This document shows positions 49,603 through 61,000 of a stretch of DNA of 64,000 nt, piece after piece. A program made the position numbers and the translations under genes. The notes under the pieces were generated by a model, which worked only from the letters and a program-made list of their open reading frames with translations, did no database searches and was not told the origin of the DNA. Source of the DNA: a candidate division FCPU426 bacterium (GTDB lineage: Bacteria > Oederibacteriota > Muellerivitia > Muellerivitales > Muellerivitaceae); the NCBI GenBank assembly GCA_963847625.1, contig CAWKAR010000028.1:96001-160000 (forward strand), in the 5' to 3' direction. Within the stretch, counting starts at the first letter, position 1; every line of letters begins with the position of its first letter.

Positions 49603-52425
49603 TTATCTGATGAGGATGACCTTCTTCAACTTGGTTGCATAGGGCTCACCCAGCTTGAATATATAAACCCCGCTGGCGCATTCGTCGTTGAACTTGTTCG
49701 TCCCGTCCCAATGATAGGACTGGACATAGGAATAATCGAGGTAGCGTTCGTCCAGGGTTTTGATATGTTCCCCGGCCGAGTTGTAAATTTTCAGGGAATA
49801 AGGGCCTGGATAAGCGGAATTGGCCACGAAAATGGAAACCGGGCCCTGGTCAGGGTTGAACACGTTCTTGTCGATGTAAAAAGCGTCGAAATACGGAATA
49901 GGGGTGTAGGTCTCGGTCGGAGTGAACGTCACCGTGGGGGTAGGGGTATTCGTCAACGTTGGGGTAACGGTCGGCGTGCTGGTCATCGTGGGCGTGGGAG
50001 TGGGGGTCGGAGTCGGGGTAGATGTGTTGGTGACCGTCGGAGTGGGTGTCAGCGTGGGGGAATTGGTATCGGTCGGCGTCGGGGTAACGGTCGGCGTGTT
50101 GGTCGGGGTGCGGGTGGCAGTGGGGCTTGAGGTCTGGGTGGGAGTGCTGGTGATTGTCGGTGTGGACGTCACCGTGGAACTGACAGTGTTCGTTGGCGTC
50201 GGGGTTACGGTGGGTGTATTCGTCGTCGTGCGGGTGGCAGTGGGGGTTGAAGTCTGGGTGGAAGTATCCGTTACCGTCGGGGTCAGCGTCACCGTGGGGG
50301 TTGAGGTTGGAGTGGGAGAGTTGGTCGGTGAATTGGAGGGTGTGAGAGTCGGGGTGTTCGTGGGGGTGTTGCATTGCATCATCGCCGTCACCGCGTTGGA
50401 AGTGACCGCCGCGTCGCCATCGGCGGTGATGGCGGCCTGGTTGACATAGGTCGCGGAACCGGAAGTCGCGCAGTTGACCGTACCCCACCAGGTAACGGCA
50501 CCCTGAAGATTGTAATTGGTGCCCGGGAAGGACCATTTCAGGGTGCTTCCCGTCTGGGAGAAGTTGACGGTCCCGCCCCCAATGGTGACACCGGCGTTGG
50601 ACTCGTTATGGCCCCCCGGGAAGGTGATCCCCACGGGAATCACATCCGTAAGAACGGTATTATTCACTTGATCGGCGGTCTCCATTTTTAAATTGGAATA
50701 ATAGTCAGGGGCCGCCGTCGCGTCCGACTGCCAGCCTTGCTGCCAAGTCCCCGAGCAGAGGTTCGAAAATGGCGAGTTGTCCGTGTAAACATAGACATCG
50801 TACAGGGATGGGTTTCCCCTCTGCCAAACATACTCCGCGATGACCACCGATCCGGCAGAGACCGTCATGACGGCCCTGACCGTGTACCAGACGCCCGCCT
50901 GGATCGTGACCGGCTGGGGATAAGTGGTAATGCCGCCCGTTGCCGGGTTACAACTGCCGCTGCACGCGTTTCTCTGGATAAAGATGTAACCGGGGTTGTT
51001 GTCCACGGATATTCCCGCGAAATAGGCCTGGGTCACCCCCCCATTGATGTTATAAGCCAGGACCATATGAGCGTCGGCGGCGGCTGAGGCTCCTTGAGCC
51101 CCTTGGGCGGTCACGGGAATCTGCATATCGCCTTCCTCAACATAAGTCCCGGGGCATAAGTTAACGCCGCCCGGCCGCAAATAAAGCGGATAATCCCCGC
51201 CGTTCGTGGCGTAATTTGAATTCGCTAAAAGATAATGATTCCCCTGGGTGTCGGACTCGACCGTAAAACCGCCGGTCGTCTGGCTGGGAATATCCTGGTA
51301 GGCGAACCCGTCATAGGTGGTTCCCCCCTCGACGGTGCCGGTCGTGTCGTTATCGTAAGAATCATAATACTGCAGGCTGAAACCGTTGACGCTGTAGGCC
51401 AGGGCATAGGTGACGGCCTGACCGCTCGTGAGCTGGCCGCCGGAAGGGATCTGGGACTTGACCAGCGAGAACCCCCCGCCGCCAATCGTCGAGTTGGCGA
51501 TATTAGAGGTTTGGGAAACTACCGTACCATTCAGGCTGAAATTCGCCGTGTTGCTGATGGTCCCGCTGGTTTCGTTGACCCTGGCCAGGAACCAAGCCTG
51601 CCCCTGCACTTCCGTCGAACCGCCCGGAACCGTCCAGGTCAGCAGTGACCCGGGCGTCGTGCCGGACATGGATGTCCCCGTGGGGGCCCCCGGCCCCATT
51701 TGAACCACCGTAACGCCATTGGGCACCGTATCAGTGACCGTCCCCCCGCTGGTGTCGTTCACGAAATCATAATTGATCGTGAACAGCACCAGATCGCCGT
51801 TGGCCGCGCTTCCCCCTTCGGCGGTCTTCTGGACCGAGAGGATGGTGGGGGGCGGAATCGGAACGGTGAAAGAGAGGGCGTATTCCCCCGAAACGGAGGT
51901 GTTCCCGCCATAACCCTGCTGGGGTTGTTGTCCGCACTGGATGTTGTACATCCCCCCCTCGACGATCAGGTTATAGGCGCCGCCGTAACCCGCGTCGGAG
52001 GGCATGGTCAGGTTCCAAACGATTTGCTTTCCGCAAACCCAGTTGTTACTGCTGGGGTTGTCCGCAATTCCCGTGTACCCGATGTTGCTGGTACTGGAAG
52101 GGTTGACTTCGTCAACATTGATACCATCATTGTCAACCAGGAATTCCTGCCCTTTGACGGGGCAGCTTCCCACCGTGGTCGCCAGGCTGCTGACAGCCAC
52201 CGTCCACTTGGAATTGCCGTAACCGTTGATGCAATAGTTGATGGTAAGGGTAAAGTTCTGGTTCGCCGCAGGGCTAGCCGGGTTCATCGCCACGCTGACA
52301 ATGGAGACCCCTTGTTGGGCTTGGGCCTGGACGGCCGGCAGTGAGCAAACCACCAGCAAAAACAAAAACCTCGCCCATCTGCCGCGAACGGCTCTAAAGG
52401 ACAAAATGGATTTTGAGATCACCAT
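49603..52425 (-). CDS. Secreted protein with DUF11-like repeats, lectin-like beta-sandwich, Thr/Pro linker and CTD (subtype I)
   Basis: Signal peptide ending AQA; K(T/S)...G-x-x-V-x-(F/Y)...D-x-(V/I)P-x-G DUF11-like motifs; [13 protein letters not shown]...CASGVY. Confidence 0.82.
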   Translation of the reverse strand: MVISKSILSFRAVRGRWARFLFLLVVCSLPAVQAQAQQGVSIVSVAMNPASPAANQNFTLTINYCINGYGNSKWTVAVSSLATTVGSCPVKGQEFLVDNDGINVDEVNPSSTSNIGYTGIADNPSSNNWVCGKQIVWNLTMPSDAGYGGAYNLIVEGGMYNIQCGQQPQQGYGGNTSVSGEYALSFTVPIPPPTILSVQKTAEGGSAANGDLVLFTINYDFVNDTSGGTVTDTVPNGVTVVQMGPGAPTGTSMSGTTPGSLLTWTVPGGSTEVQGQAWFLARVNETSGTISNTANFSLNGTVVSQTSNIANSTIGGGGFSLVKSQIPSGGQLTSGQAVTYALAYSVNGFSLQYYDSYDNDTTGTVEGGTTYDGFAYQDIPSQTTGGFTVESDTQGNHYLLANSNYATNGGDYPLYLRPGGVNLCPGTYVEEGDMQIPVTAQGAQGASAAADAHMVLAYNINGGVTQAYFAGISVDNNPGYIFIQRNACSGSCNPATGGITTYPQPVTIQAGVWYTVRAVMTVSAGSVVIAEYVWQRGNPSLYDVYVYTDNSPFSNLCSGTWQQGWQSDATAAPDYYSNLKMETADQVNNTVLTDVIPVGITFPGGHNESNAGVTIGGGTVNFSQTGSTLKWSFPGTNYNLQGAVTWWGTVNCATSGSATYVNQAAITADGDAAVTSNAVTAMMQCNTPTNTPTLTPSNSPTNSPTPTSTPTVTLTPTVTDTSTQTSTPTATRTTTNTPTVTPTPTNTVSSTVTSTPTITSTPTQTSSPTATRTPTNTPTVTPTPTDTNSPTLTPTPTVTNTSTPTPTPTPTPTMTSTPTVTPTLTNTPTPTVTFTPTETYTPIPYFDAFYIDKNVFNPDQGPVSIFVANSAYPGPYSLKIYNSAGEHIKTLDERYLDYSYVQSYHWDGTNKFNDECASGVYIFKLGEPYATKLKKVILIR

Positions 52426-52622
52426 GGATTGAACCGCCGAAAAGTTGGAAAAAATTTATTGATGAATCCCCTTAATTTTAACGCAAAAATAGGCCCCTAA
52501 ACAGCTAAACCAAGGTTTGAAAAAATCATGCCTGACAAAGGTTCGAATGAAAGGGGGGGAACGCCGAAAGCGGTTTCTTAATGATTATTTTCGGTCTTTA
52601 CTCGCGCGGACCTTCATGCGGC

Positions 52623-53366
52623 TCAAACGAATATCCGAAGCCATTCCAGGAAGGCCTCCGGATGCTTGAAACGCAGGTCACAAAACCTGTCCGGGATGCG
52701 GTTCCCCACGGCCACCTTCAACCCTCTTTTTCCCATGGCCTTGAACACCGTCAGGTCGGTCAAGTCATCCCCGGCGAAGATGGGCAGGTGATCCGGGAAT
52801 TTTTCAAGTATTTTCCGGACCGCCTTTCCCTTGGTGTAACCGCGGGGTATGGCCTCGATCATCTTTTTCCCCGCTTGAAAGGTCCAAAACCGTCCGGTCA
52901 CAGCCTGGATATACAAACGGCGGAAGTCCCGGTGGAGAGACCTTTCCTTTTCCGGCGGCAGGTTCAATCTCCGGTAATGCAGGGTGGAGGAGAAAGGTTT
53001 GCGCTCGATATGGATTCCGGGATAACGTTCGGGCAGGACTTGGATGGCCTTCCAGAGGGCTGCCGCTTCCTTCCGATACCTGCGCTGGTGGGCGGGGGAA
53101 GCCAGCCGGATATTCCGCGGAAGGCGCCACCCCTCGAACCCGTGGGTCCCCGCGATGGATATTTCACCCAGCCGGGAAACCCTTCTCAGCCCCTCGGCAT
53201 GCCGCCCGGTGATGAAAATGACGGGGTATTTCCCTATCAGTTTTTTCAGGAGCCCCCGTTTTTTGGGCGTCAGGTTGGAACGCTCCGGGTCGTGCGTGAA
53301 GTCCGTGAGGGTTCCGTCATAATCCAGAAGGAACAGGATTTTTCGGCGCTTGTCCTGGTATTTCAA
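52623..53366 (-). CDS. otsB: Trehalose-6-phosphate phosphatase (HAD IIB)
   Basis: LDYDGTL, ITGR, GTHG-x-E, LHYR, KG-x-A and GDDLTD; start set at TTG 53366, just after the qor stop. Confidence 0.85.
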   Translation of the reverse strand: MKYQDKRRKILFLLDYDGTLTDFTHDPERSNLTPKKRGLLKKLIGKYPVIFITGRHAEGLRRVSRLGEISIAGTHGFEGWRLPRNIRLASPAHQRRYRKEAAALWKAIQVLPERYPGIHIERKPFSSTLHYRRLNLPPEKERSLHRDFRRLYIQAVTGRFWTFQAGKKMIEAIPRGYTKGKAVRKILEKFPDHLPIFAGDDLTDLTVFKAMGKRGLKVAVGNRIPDRFCDLRFKHPEAFLEWLRIFV

Positions 53367-53376
53367 TGGAATGCCC

Positions 53377-54339
53377 TCACGGGATGAGGACGATCTTTCC
53401 GTAAGCTCCGGGCGCCATGACCGCCACATGGGCCAGGGGCGCGTCCTTGAGCGCGAATTCCCGCCCAATGACCGGTACCAGGGAACCGTTCTTGAGGCCC
53501 TTCGCCAGGTCTGAGTGGATTTTAGCCAGTTCCACGGGCGCGGTGTTGGCCAGGGTCATTCCCCGGATGTCCGCGTCCCGGCCCATGGTTTCGCGCGGGT
53601 TGACCTCCACCGGACCGCGGCTTCCGATGACGACCACCCTTCCCCTCTTGGCGAGGTAAGTCAGGTCTTTCCCGAGGTTCACGTTGGCCATCATCTCGAG
53701 GATGAGGTCCACACCCTTGCCGTCCGTGATTTTGGAAAGTTTGGCCCCGAAGTCCGGGTCGTGATGGTCCAGAACGTGGTGCGCGCCCAGTCTTTTCACC
53801 AGGGCCCGTCCCCCGTCGGTACCCGCGGTTCCGATGACGGTGAGCTTGGCCCTCTTCGCCAATTGCACCGCGGCCGTTCCCACTCCCCCGCTGGCTCCGT
53901 GAACCAGGATGGTTTCCCCTTTTCGGGCTCCGCCCCGGCCGAAAAGCGCCCGGTGGGCCGTTCCATAGGGGATTCCCATGGCCGCTCCTTGCGTAAAGGT
54001 TACTTTCTTGGGGAGGGGATGCACGTTGTCCGAGGCCACCAGGGCTTTTTCCGCGTAGGAACCACCCATTGCCGCGTTGAAATAAACCCTGTCCCCCGGT
54101 TTGACACTCCTCACTCCCTTTCCAACTTCATCTACGATGCCGGCGCCGTCGGCCCCCGGCGTATAGGAAAGAGGAACCAATACCGGGTAGGTGCCTGCCC
54201 GAATGTAAGTCTCGACCGGATTGACCCCGGCCGCTTTCACTAGGACCGTGGCCTGGCCGGGACCCGGTTTAGGATCAGGGACATCCTCCCATTTCATGAC
54301 TTCAGGACCGCCGAATTGGTGTACCCGTATGGCTTTCAT
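53377..54339 (-). CDS. qor: NADPH:quinone reductase (zeta-crystallin/MDR family)
   Basis: MKAIRVHQFGGPEV, GVNPVE, PGADGAG and HGASGGVG; SD GGAGG/GAAGG before ATG 54339. Confidence 0.9.
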   Translation of the reverse strand: MKAIRVHQFGGPEVMKWEDVPDPKPGPGQATVLVKAAGVNPVETYIRAGTYPVLVPLSYTPGADGAGIVDEVGKGVRSVKPGDRVYFNAAMGGSYAEKALVASDNVHPLPKKVTFTQGAAMGIPYGTAHRALFGRGGARKGETILVHGASGGVGTAAVQLAKRAKLTVIGTAGTDGGRALVKRLGAHHVLDHHDPDFGAKLSKITDGKGVDLILEMMANVNLGKDLTYLAKRGRVVVIGSRGPVEVNPRETMGRDADIRGMTLANTAPVELAKIHSDLAKGLKNGSLVPVIGREFALKDAPLAHVAVMAPGAYGKIVLIP

Positions 54340-54515
54340 ACCTTCCCTCCCGACGCTTTTTTCCAATCACACACATAGACGATAACCAGCCGGTCAATAA
54401 AACAAACTCTTTTCTATTTTACCCGTTTCCAAGCGGTTTATCAGAATGCAGTGAAAGGATTTTCACAAAAAGGGTTATTATTTTCATCAGGAATTGTTTT
54501 ATCCGCTTCCTAATA

Positions 54516-54677
54516 CTATTTGGCGAGGGGATTTTCGTAGGCTCGCACGGGATTCCGGCTTTCGGGGTTGGAGAAATATTTAAACCCGGCGTAAGCCACC
54601 AGGGCCAGCAACGCGCCATAAAACAGGAATTCCAAAAAGCTCAAACCCTTTTGATCCTTCAATCGGTTCCATTTCAT
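54516..54677 (-). CDS. 53-aa Flp/type IV pilin-like protein with class III signal peptide
   Basis: Hand translation MKWNRLKDQKG|LSFLEFLFYGALLALVAYAGFKYFSNPESRNPVRAYENPLAK*: basic leader, Gly at -1, Glu at +5, hydrophobic helix; below the ORF-track cutoff. Confidence 0.75.
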   Translation of the reverse strand: MKWNRLKDQKGLSFLEFLFYGALLALVAYAGFKYFSNPESRNPVRAYENPLAK

Positions 54678-54753
54678 AATACTCTGGTCCTTTTCAGTTT
54701 CTCTACCGGAAATTCTTCCTTGTTTTTTCCTTTAATAAGTATAATAAATTTAC

Positions 54754-56775
54754 ATGAGAAAAATACTCAACCTTTTCGGCCCTATCGGCAAAAAGTTCAA
54801 CTGGCCTTTCTGCGTTACGGGCGTTATTTCGGGGGCCGTGGGAGCCCGCCTCTGGTCGGGATCCCAGGACCAACATTGGCTTTCAGGCGCTCTTTTCCAG
54901 GCCCTGTCCTTATTCCTGATATGGAAAGCCTTTCCCAATCGGGATTCCCGCCTTCCGGAAGCCCGGGAGTCGTTCTCCCCAAAACCCCCGAAAAAAAAGG
55001 GGAAATCACGCCTCTCTTGGAATGATCTGTTTCCCCTGGGATCAGTCCTTCTTTTCAGCGTAATCGGGCAACTATTTTTTAGTTTTCGCTTGACCATCCT
55101 GGCCTTGGCGTCCTGGGGGGTGGCCCTTTTCATGTTTTCGCAGCTTCCCAAGGCCGGTCCCGCGAAAACCTGGACCCCGGGACCGGTAGCCGAAAAAAAG
55201 CTTCTCGCGCTGGTCCTCCTGGCGGCCGCCCTCATGCGGTTTCCATTCATTGGCCAGCACATCACCGGCCTGCAAATTGACGAGTCGAATTGCATCTGCG
55301 ACGCATACAGTTTCCTGGATGGCTCCCTGAATTCCCCTTTTGTCACGAGTTGGGGCGGCAACGAATCCTTCCATTTCTGGTGGCTCTCGATGTTCATGAG
55401 GATTTTCGGCGCAACCTGGGTTACGGCCCGGCTCTTCTCGGCGGTTGTTTCCATGGGCGCCCTTTATGTTTTTTACCGCTGGTGCCGCTTATTCTTCGGA
55501 TTCCTCCCTTCCCTCCTGGCTGTTTTCTTGATGTCCATCGGCTGGTGGTACCTCTTTTACAGCCTTTCCCCGTTCCAAAATATGCTGGTGGTTTTTTGGG
55601 AGATCCTGGCTATTTACTTCCTGTCCAAGGCCCTCAAGGAAGGGCGCAAAGCCGATTACTTGTGGGCGGGCCTCTTTATCGGCTTTTGCGAGTTGGAATA
55701 CCTGCCGGGGCGGCTCGTGGTTTTCATGGCTGGTTTCGCGTTATTGGGAATCTGGGCCGTGGAAGGCAGGGCCTTTTGGAAGAACCACGCCCAATACCTG
55801 GCCTTGGGCATCCTCTCCATGTTATGGCTGGCAGGCCCATTCATTGTTTACGGCATCCATAACCCATCCGCCATTGTGAGCCGGGCCAAGGAATTGAGCC
55901 TCCTCGCCGAAGTCCAACGGACGGGGCATTACAGCCTCATACTCAAGAGGTTCTTTTGGACTTTCCTGTCTTTTCTAAACCACAACGAGGGCATTGACCC
56001 GCGGTTTTGCGCCAACGCGTCCCAGTTGGACCCGGTTTCCGGGGGCTTGATGGTATTCGGACTTCTTTTAGCTTTGGCTCATTGGCGGCGGAGAGCCTGC
56101 TGGTACGCCCTGGGCGGGCTTTTCTTCGGCTTGGTGGCCAACACCTTCGCCATCCAGGGCCCCAATCCCGACCCTTCTTTCGTCAACGGCCAGCGCTATT
56201 TCGTCGTCTTCCCGTTTCTTTTTTTCATGGCGGCTTGGACCCTGGACCGGGTGGCCGGCGTTTTTCCCGATTTCAACCCGGCCATGAAACGCACGGGCAA
56301 GGGCTTGTTGGCTTTGTTGGTTGCTTTCGCCCTTATCTGGAACATTTACATCTATTATTTTTCCTTCAGGAATTTCAAGGTGGAGGGCCCCAATTATTGG
56401 GATGCCCTGGGTTTCAACCATATCCAAGTGGCTGATTACCTGAGGACCCAATGCCCCCGATGCCACGCATTGATGGAAATAGAGTACAGTTCCAGCACCG
56501 TCTACGTGTTGACCCACGATTTATTCACCTTCAACAGGCTCGGGGATTATTTTCCGGTCCCCATCCGGCAGAAAATAACGAAAAACGTGCTTTTCGTCAT
56601 CCCGCCTTCGGAATACCCGGAACTCCAGGAAAAATTGCGCCAGACCTATCCCAAGGCAGTTTGGGGCTCGCTCAAGGACCCGAAGGACAATGTCAACGTA
56701 TTGACGGTGGAAGTACCCAAGGAAGACATCCAAGCCAAGCAGGAAGGAGTTTCCCTGGAAGGTGCGCTCGAATAA
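54754..56775 (+). CDS. GT39/ArnT-like (PMT_2) GT-C glycosyltransferase
   Basis: LMRF...GLQIDE motif after TM segments, FG-x-x-x-x-TARLFSA, many TMs and a C-terminal periplasmic domain. Confidence 0.78.
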   Translation: MRKILNLFGPIGKKFNWPFCVTGVISGAVGARLWSGSQDQHWLSGALFQALSLFLIWKAFPNRDSRLPEARESFSPKPPKKKGKSRLSWNDLFPLGSVLLFSVIGQLFFSFRLTILALASWGVALFMFSQLPKAGPAKTWTPGPVAEKKLLALVLLAAALMRFPFIGQHITGLQIDESNCICDAYSFLDGSLNSPFVTSWGGNESFHFWWLSMFMRIFGATWVTARLFSAVVSMGALYVFYRWCRLFFGFLPSLLAVFLMSIGWWYLFYSLSPFQNMLVVFWEILAIYFLSKALKEGRKADYLWAGLFIGFCELEYLPGRLVVFMAGFALLGIWAVEGRAFWKNHAQYLALGILSMLWLAGPFIVYGIHNPSAIVSRAKELSLLAEVQRTGHYSLILKRFFWTFLSFLNHNEGIDPRFCANASQLDPVSGGLMVFGLLLALAHWRRRACWYALGGLFFGLVANTFAIQGPNPDPSFVNGQRYFVVFPFLFFMAAWTLDRVAGVFPDFNPAMKRTGKGLLALLVAFALIWNIYIYYFSFRNFKVEGPNYWDALGFNHIQVADYLRTQCPRCHALMEIEYSSSTVYVLTHDLFTFNRLGDYFPVPIRQKITKNVLFVIPPSEYPELQEKLRQTYPKAVWGSLKDPKDNVNVLTVEVPKEDIQAKQEGVSLEGALE

Positions 56776-56809
56776 GTATTGCGTGGAATGAATAGGCGTG
56801 AAAGATGTT

Positions 56810-57613
56810 TCAGGGGTTTCCACTGATCCAATTTTTACCGAGGCTCAGCAAACTCAGGCTCTGGTAACCGCTGGGAGGGTTGAAAGCCGATGAGTCAAAG
56901 GTCCGGGAACGGATACTGCGGATTTTGAACTGGCTTGAGGGCTTTCCCTGCGCGTAAAGGATTGCGCGAACCGGCAATTGGGGATCGGAAAGGCCCAGTT
57001 GAAAAGCCGTCGTATCCGCGCCCAATTGGGCCAGTTCGTCCCCGCAAAAGTCCACCGCCAGGTGAATGAGGCCCCGGAAGGTGTTGTAGTCTTCCCCGCT
57101 CATGCCGGCCGTTTCAGGGCGGGTCACCCATACTTCGCGGGCCTTTTTCCCGTTCAAATCGGTCTGGTAGGCATCGCAGGTAAAACCCGCTTTCCGGACG
57201 CCTTTGTCCCTTAAGGCCGGAACTCCGTTGAAAAAAGCCTTGGCGTTTTCCTGGACAATGGCATAGGTCTTCTGGACACTAAGCGGATAATTGGCGGCCC
57301 CGCCCTTGAGCTTTCCGGATGCGATGGCGCCCATTATTTTAAGGGCGGTTTGGTCGCCCTGGCTGAGCGACAGGACAGTCTTGTGGAGATCGTCCACAAC
57401 CGTCAACTGGGAGGTTTCCCGGTCGTAAATCAGGGACCCATGGGTCCAGGGCCCCTGGAAGTCCAGCCTCAGGTGCCCATCGCCAATGGAGGCCGCCACA
57501 TCCACCCAGGCATCCTTATAGGACAAGCTTTCCAGGTGGGCCCTCAAGTCGGTTCCAGCCCAAAGGGGTGCCGCCCAACAGATCAGAAGCAGGGGGATAT
57601 AGCTTTTTCTCAT
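56810..57613 (-). CDS. Exported protein, DUF4412-like
   Basis: Signal peptide, LRLD, G-x-RKAGFTC-x-x-Y...EVWV and F-x-PPSGYQ tail. Confidence 0.55.
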   Translation of the reverse strand: MRKSYIPLLLICWAAPLWAGTDLRAHLESLSYKDAWVDVAASIGDGHLRLDFQGPWTHGSLIYDRETSQLTVVDDLHKTVLSLSQGDQTALKIMGAIASGKLKGGAANYPLSVQKTYAIVQENAKAFFNGVPALRDKGVRKAGFTCDAYQTDLNGKKAREVWVTRPETAGMSGEDYNTFRGLIHLAVDFCGDELAQLGADTTAFQLGLSDPQLPVRAILYAQGKPSSQFKIRSIRSRTFDSSAFNPPSGYQSLSLLSLGKNWISGNP

Positions 57614-58024
57614 GGCTTTTTCACCGCGCCATCATACCAAATATCCCTTCGGGAAACCCGTTGGCGCTTTCTTTTTGATCCTAAAGGCATCATCAAACCG
57701 CTTATTCGGCCTCCACAAGCGCCGAAAGGGCTGCCCGGCAGATCAAGTTTAGAAGAGGTTTGGGCATGTAAGCGCGACACGACGACAATATCTAAAAGTT
57801 AGTCATTGAATAAAATGATGAATAGTTTTTTAGTTAACCGAAACACCCTATTTGTTGCCCTTTAAGGGTTGGAACTTTGACCAGTCCTCATTTAAGCGTT
57901 AAAATATATGACAAAACAACTCTCTGCCAACGGATATCTTCGTTGATTACCCTTTTTCCAGCACAATATTTAACACATTGCAGTGATTTTACTAATCACT
58001 ATTTCAATCGGTGAAGGTACGAAC

Positions 58025-61000
58025 TTGAATAAGTTTTGTTTTGGGCGCCAAACTCAAAATGGATCATGGGTAAAGGAAATCTTCCTGATTTCTTTTTTAA
58101 CGCTTGGATTTCTTCCGCCCGCCGCGTTGTCTCAAACTTATTTCGGCAACCAGAGCGCCGCCACCTCGGGACTTTCAAGGCCCATGAACAGTTCGAGTTA
58201 TCAAACATCCCTGCGCTTCACGGCCCGTAACTCAAACACCTTGACCCAAATACGCCTGCTGGCCCAAGGATATGGAACCTGCCCTCTTTATACTGTTGGA
58301 TTGCAGGCTGATGACGGATTAGGCAATCCCAGTGGAACCTTCCTGGCCAACAGCGTGCCTTCTCCTTTTTCTTCCAGCTATGGCTGGAATCTCTTTCCCA
58401 TGACTTCCTCCTACACCCTTGTTCCAAGCACGGTTTACCATATTGTGGTGCAGTTTTCCTCAGGGACCCTGGATGGTAACGATTATGGTTCTCTTAATCC
58501 TGGAGATACACCCAATACCCATCTCATCCCCTTGGATCAATTCCAGGACAACCAGTTGGAAGTCCTTTATTACAACGGGTTGGTTTGGTCCCCTCAAAGC
58601 GCCGCGCCCATATTCGTGCTGGATTTCAGTGATTCCACCGAGTATGGAAACCCCTTTGACAATCTGAACGGAAACATTTACGGCGGCCAATATATCGGTG
58701 AAAGTTTCACGCCCAAATCGAACATACAGGTCAACAAAGTTGGTTTTTACGTATACCGCACCGGGATTCCAGCCGACAACCTCAATTATGTTCTCTTGGA
58801 CACGACTCAGGGTGTCACGATCGACTCCGGCATCGTCGGCTCGTCTACCACCATACCCCTTTCCTGGGCCTGGGTGGATGTGAACATGACGGGGAGTTAC
58901 ACCCTTTATTCCTCCGACACTTACCTGCTTTACTTGAAGTCATCCTTGAGTTCAGTGGGCAATTTTTACTATGTCAGCGATCCCGAGTCGGGCGGAGCCG
59001 TTAATAATTATGATGGCCTCACTTACGATTCCGTTAATTCCTTTGCCATGGTCTCGACGAATTCCGGCGGCTCTTGGGGCGCTAACACGAGTCAGGATTT
59101 GACTTTCCGGTTCACCTTGGACACCAATCCCACCGCCACCCCAACGGTCACCTCGACGGTCACTCCCACCCCGACCCTTCCGGCTCCCAACCTTTCCCTG
59201 ATTGAGAACGTTGTCACGGACTCGGCTGCGGCGAACGGCATGCTCTTGTTCAGAGTGGATTGTAACTTCGGGAATAGCATCGGGGTGACCCTCACCTCTT
59301 CGGTTCCAGTCAATACCACCCTCGTGGAGCTGAGTACTACAGGAAGCAGCGCTGGGAGTGGAGCCGGGAGCGCGGTGACCTGGGTTGTCTATAACGGAAC
59401 CGCAACCCCACAACAAGATATTTCGGTTTTCATGCTTTTAAACGTTAATTCGGCTGTCACTACAGGAACCGTCATCTCAAACGCAGTCACAGGTACCGCC
59501 ATTAGCGTTGTATCGGCTGCTTCCGCCGCGGCTACGGCGGTCGTGGGGCCGAATCTCAAGATCAACAAGACGGAATCGGAATCCACAGGATACTTGGGGG
59601 ATACGGTCACTTACAGCCTGCCTTGGACCGTCACCGGAGAAACCTTGGACTTTTTCGATTCCTATGACTCCCTAACCGGTGGAACGACGACTATTACCGG
59701 TTACGACGGAACTCTCTATACTCCCGAGGCGGGGCCCATCAGCTGGAATATTGTCGCGACGAGCGTGAATAACTACCTTTCGGCGAACGCACCCTCGGCC
59801 ACTGGCTGTCTCCTACGCAGCGCCCCCACAGTAAACCTGTACGGAAATTACGCCGTGGTGGGTGACATCTATTTGGACCCTTCCAATCTCATTCCCAATG
59901 GAGGAATTGTGGTCGCCTCGGACGCGGCCGTTACTAACGCTTATATCGCGGCCCTTTCGGGAACCGGCAGTCCAGGGAATTTTTATCTTGAAAAAATCAG
60001 TGCCGGCCTTCCGACCACCCTCGCGATGGTGAACAACACCAGCCTGCCTGTCTCCGTGGAGGTGGGAAAATGGTGCTCGTTGGAGATTTACGTAGCCAGC
60101 AGCGGCGTAAATGGTAGCCCTCTAACCTTTTACGCCAAGATCTGGCCTCCGGGTCAGGTCCCGCCGCAGGGTTGGGCAGTGACGGTCACCGACACCACTC
60201 CCATATCCTCCAGCGATACTTACAACACGGGATGGTTAGCCGGAGGCAGCAGCCCCATGTCAAGACTTAATTCGTTTGATAATTTACAGGTTTACGTGCC
60301 CAACGCGCCCGTCAGCCTAAACATGGAGGATACCCTACCTACAGGTATGACTTACGTAAGTTCTTACCCTCTGGCCACATTCCATTCGCCGTTGGTTTCG
60401 TGGAATTCCACGGCTACGGTTTTCGGGGGTGGGGCCACTTACAGCATTGTGGCGCAGGTTTCCACCCCGTGCCAGTCCCACATCGTGAACCACGCGATCA
60501 TCACTGCGGCCAACGCCTCCACGGGTATTTCCAATCCGGTGACCTTGTCGATCTCATGCCCGAATACCCCCACCCCGACCTCAACCATTACACCTACCAA
60601 AAGCCCGACGGCCACGATTACACCCACTCCCACTAATTCCCCGACACCAACCAATACATCTACTCCGACAATTACACCCGCGAACACCCCGACTATTACA
60701 CCCACCCCAACGCTTACTTTGACGCAAACTCCTTCAAGCACACCCTCTAATACTCCAACAGCTACACCATCACCCACGAACACTCCAATGAATACCGGAA
60801 CAAACACACCCACGAACACACCGACAAACACTCCCACTTCAACAAACACTCCTATCCCGACACCCACCGACACTCCGGCGAACACCCCTACCTATACATC
60901 CTCCAACACAGCTACCAATTCCCCAACCAACACCACTACTTCCACGCCTTCCAATACCCCCACGATTACTTCAACAAACACACCAACCCTTACGCCAACT

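Noticed and set aside
54419..54619. 66-aa minus-strand ORF from the track
   Set aside because: It overlaps, in another frame, the much better-supported pilin-like ORF 54516-54677.
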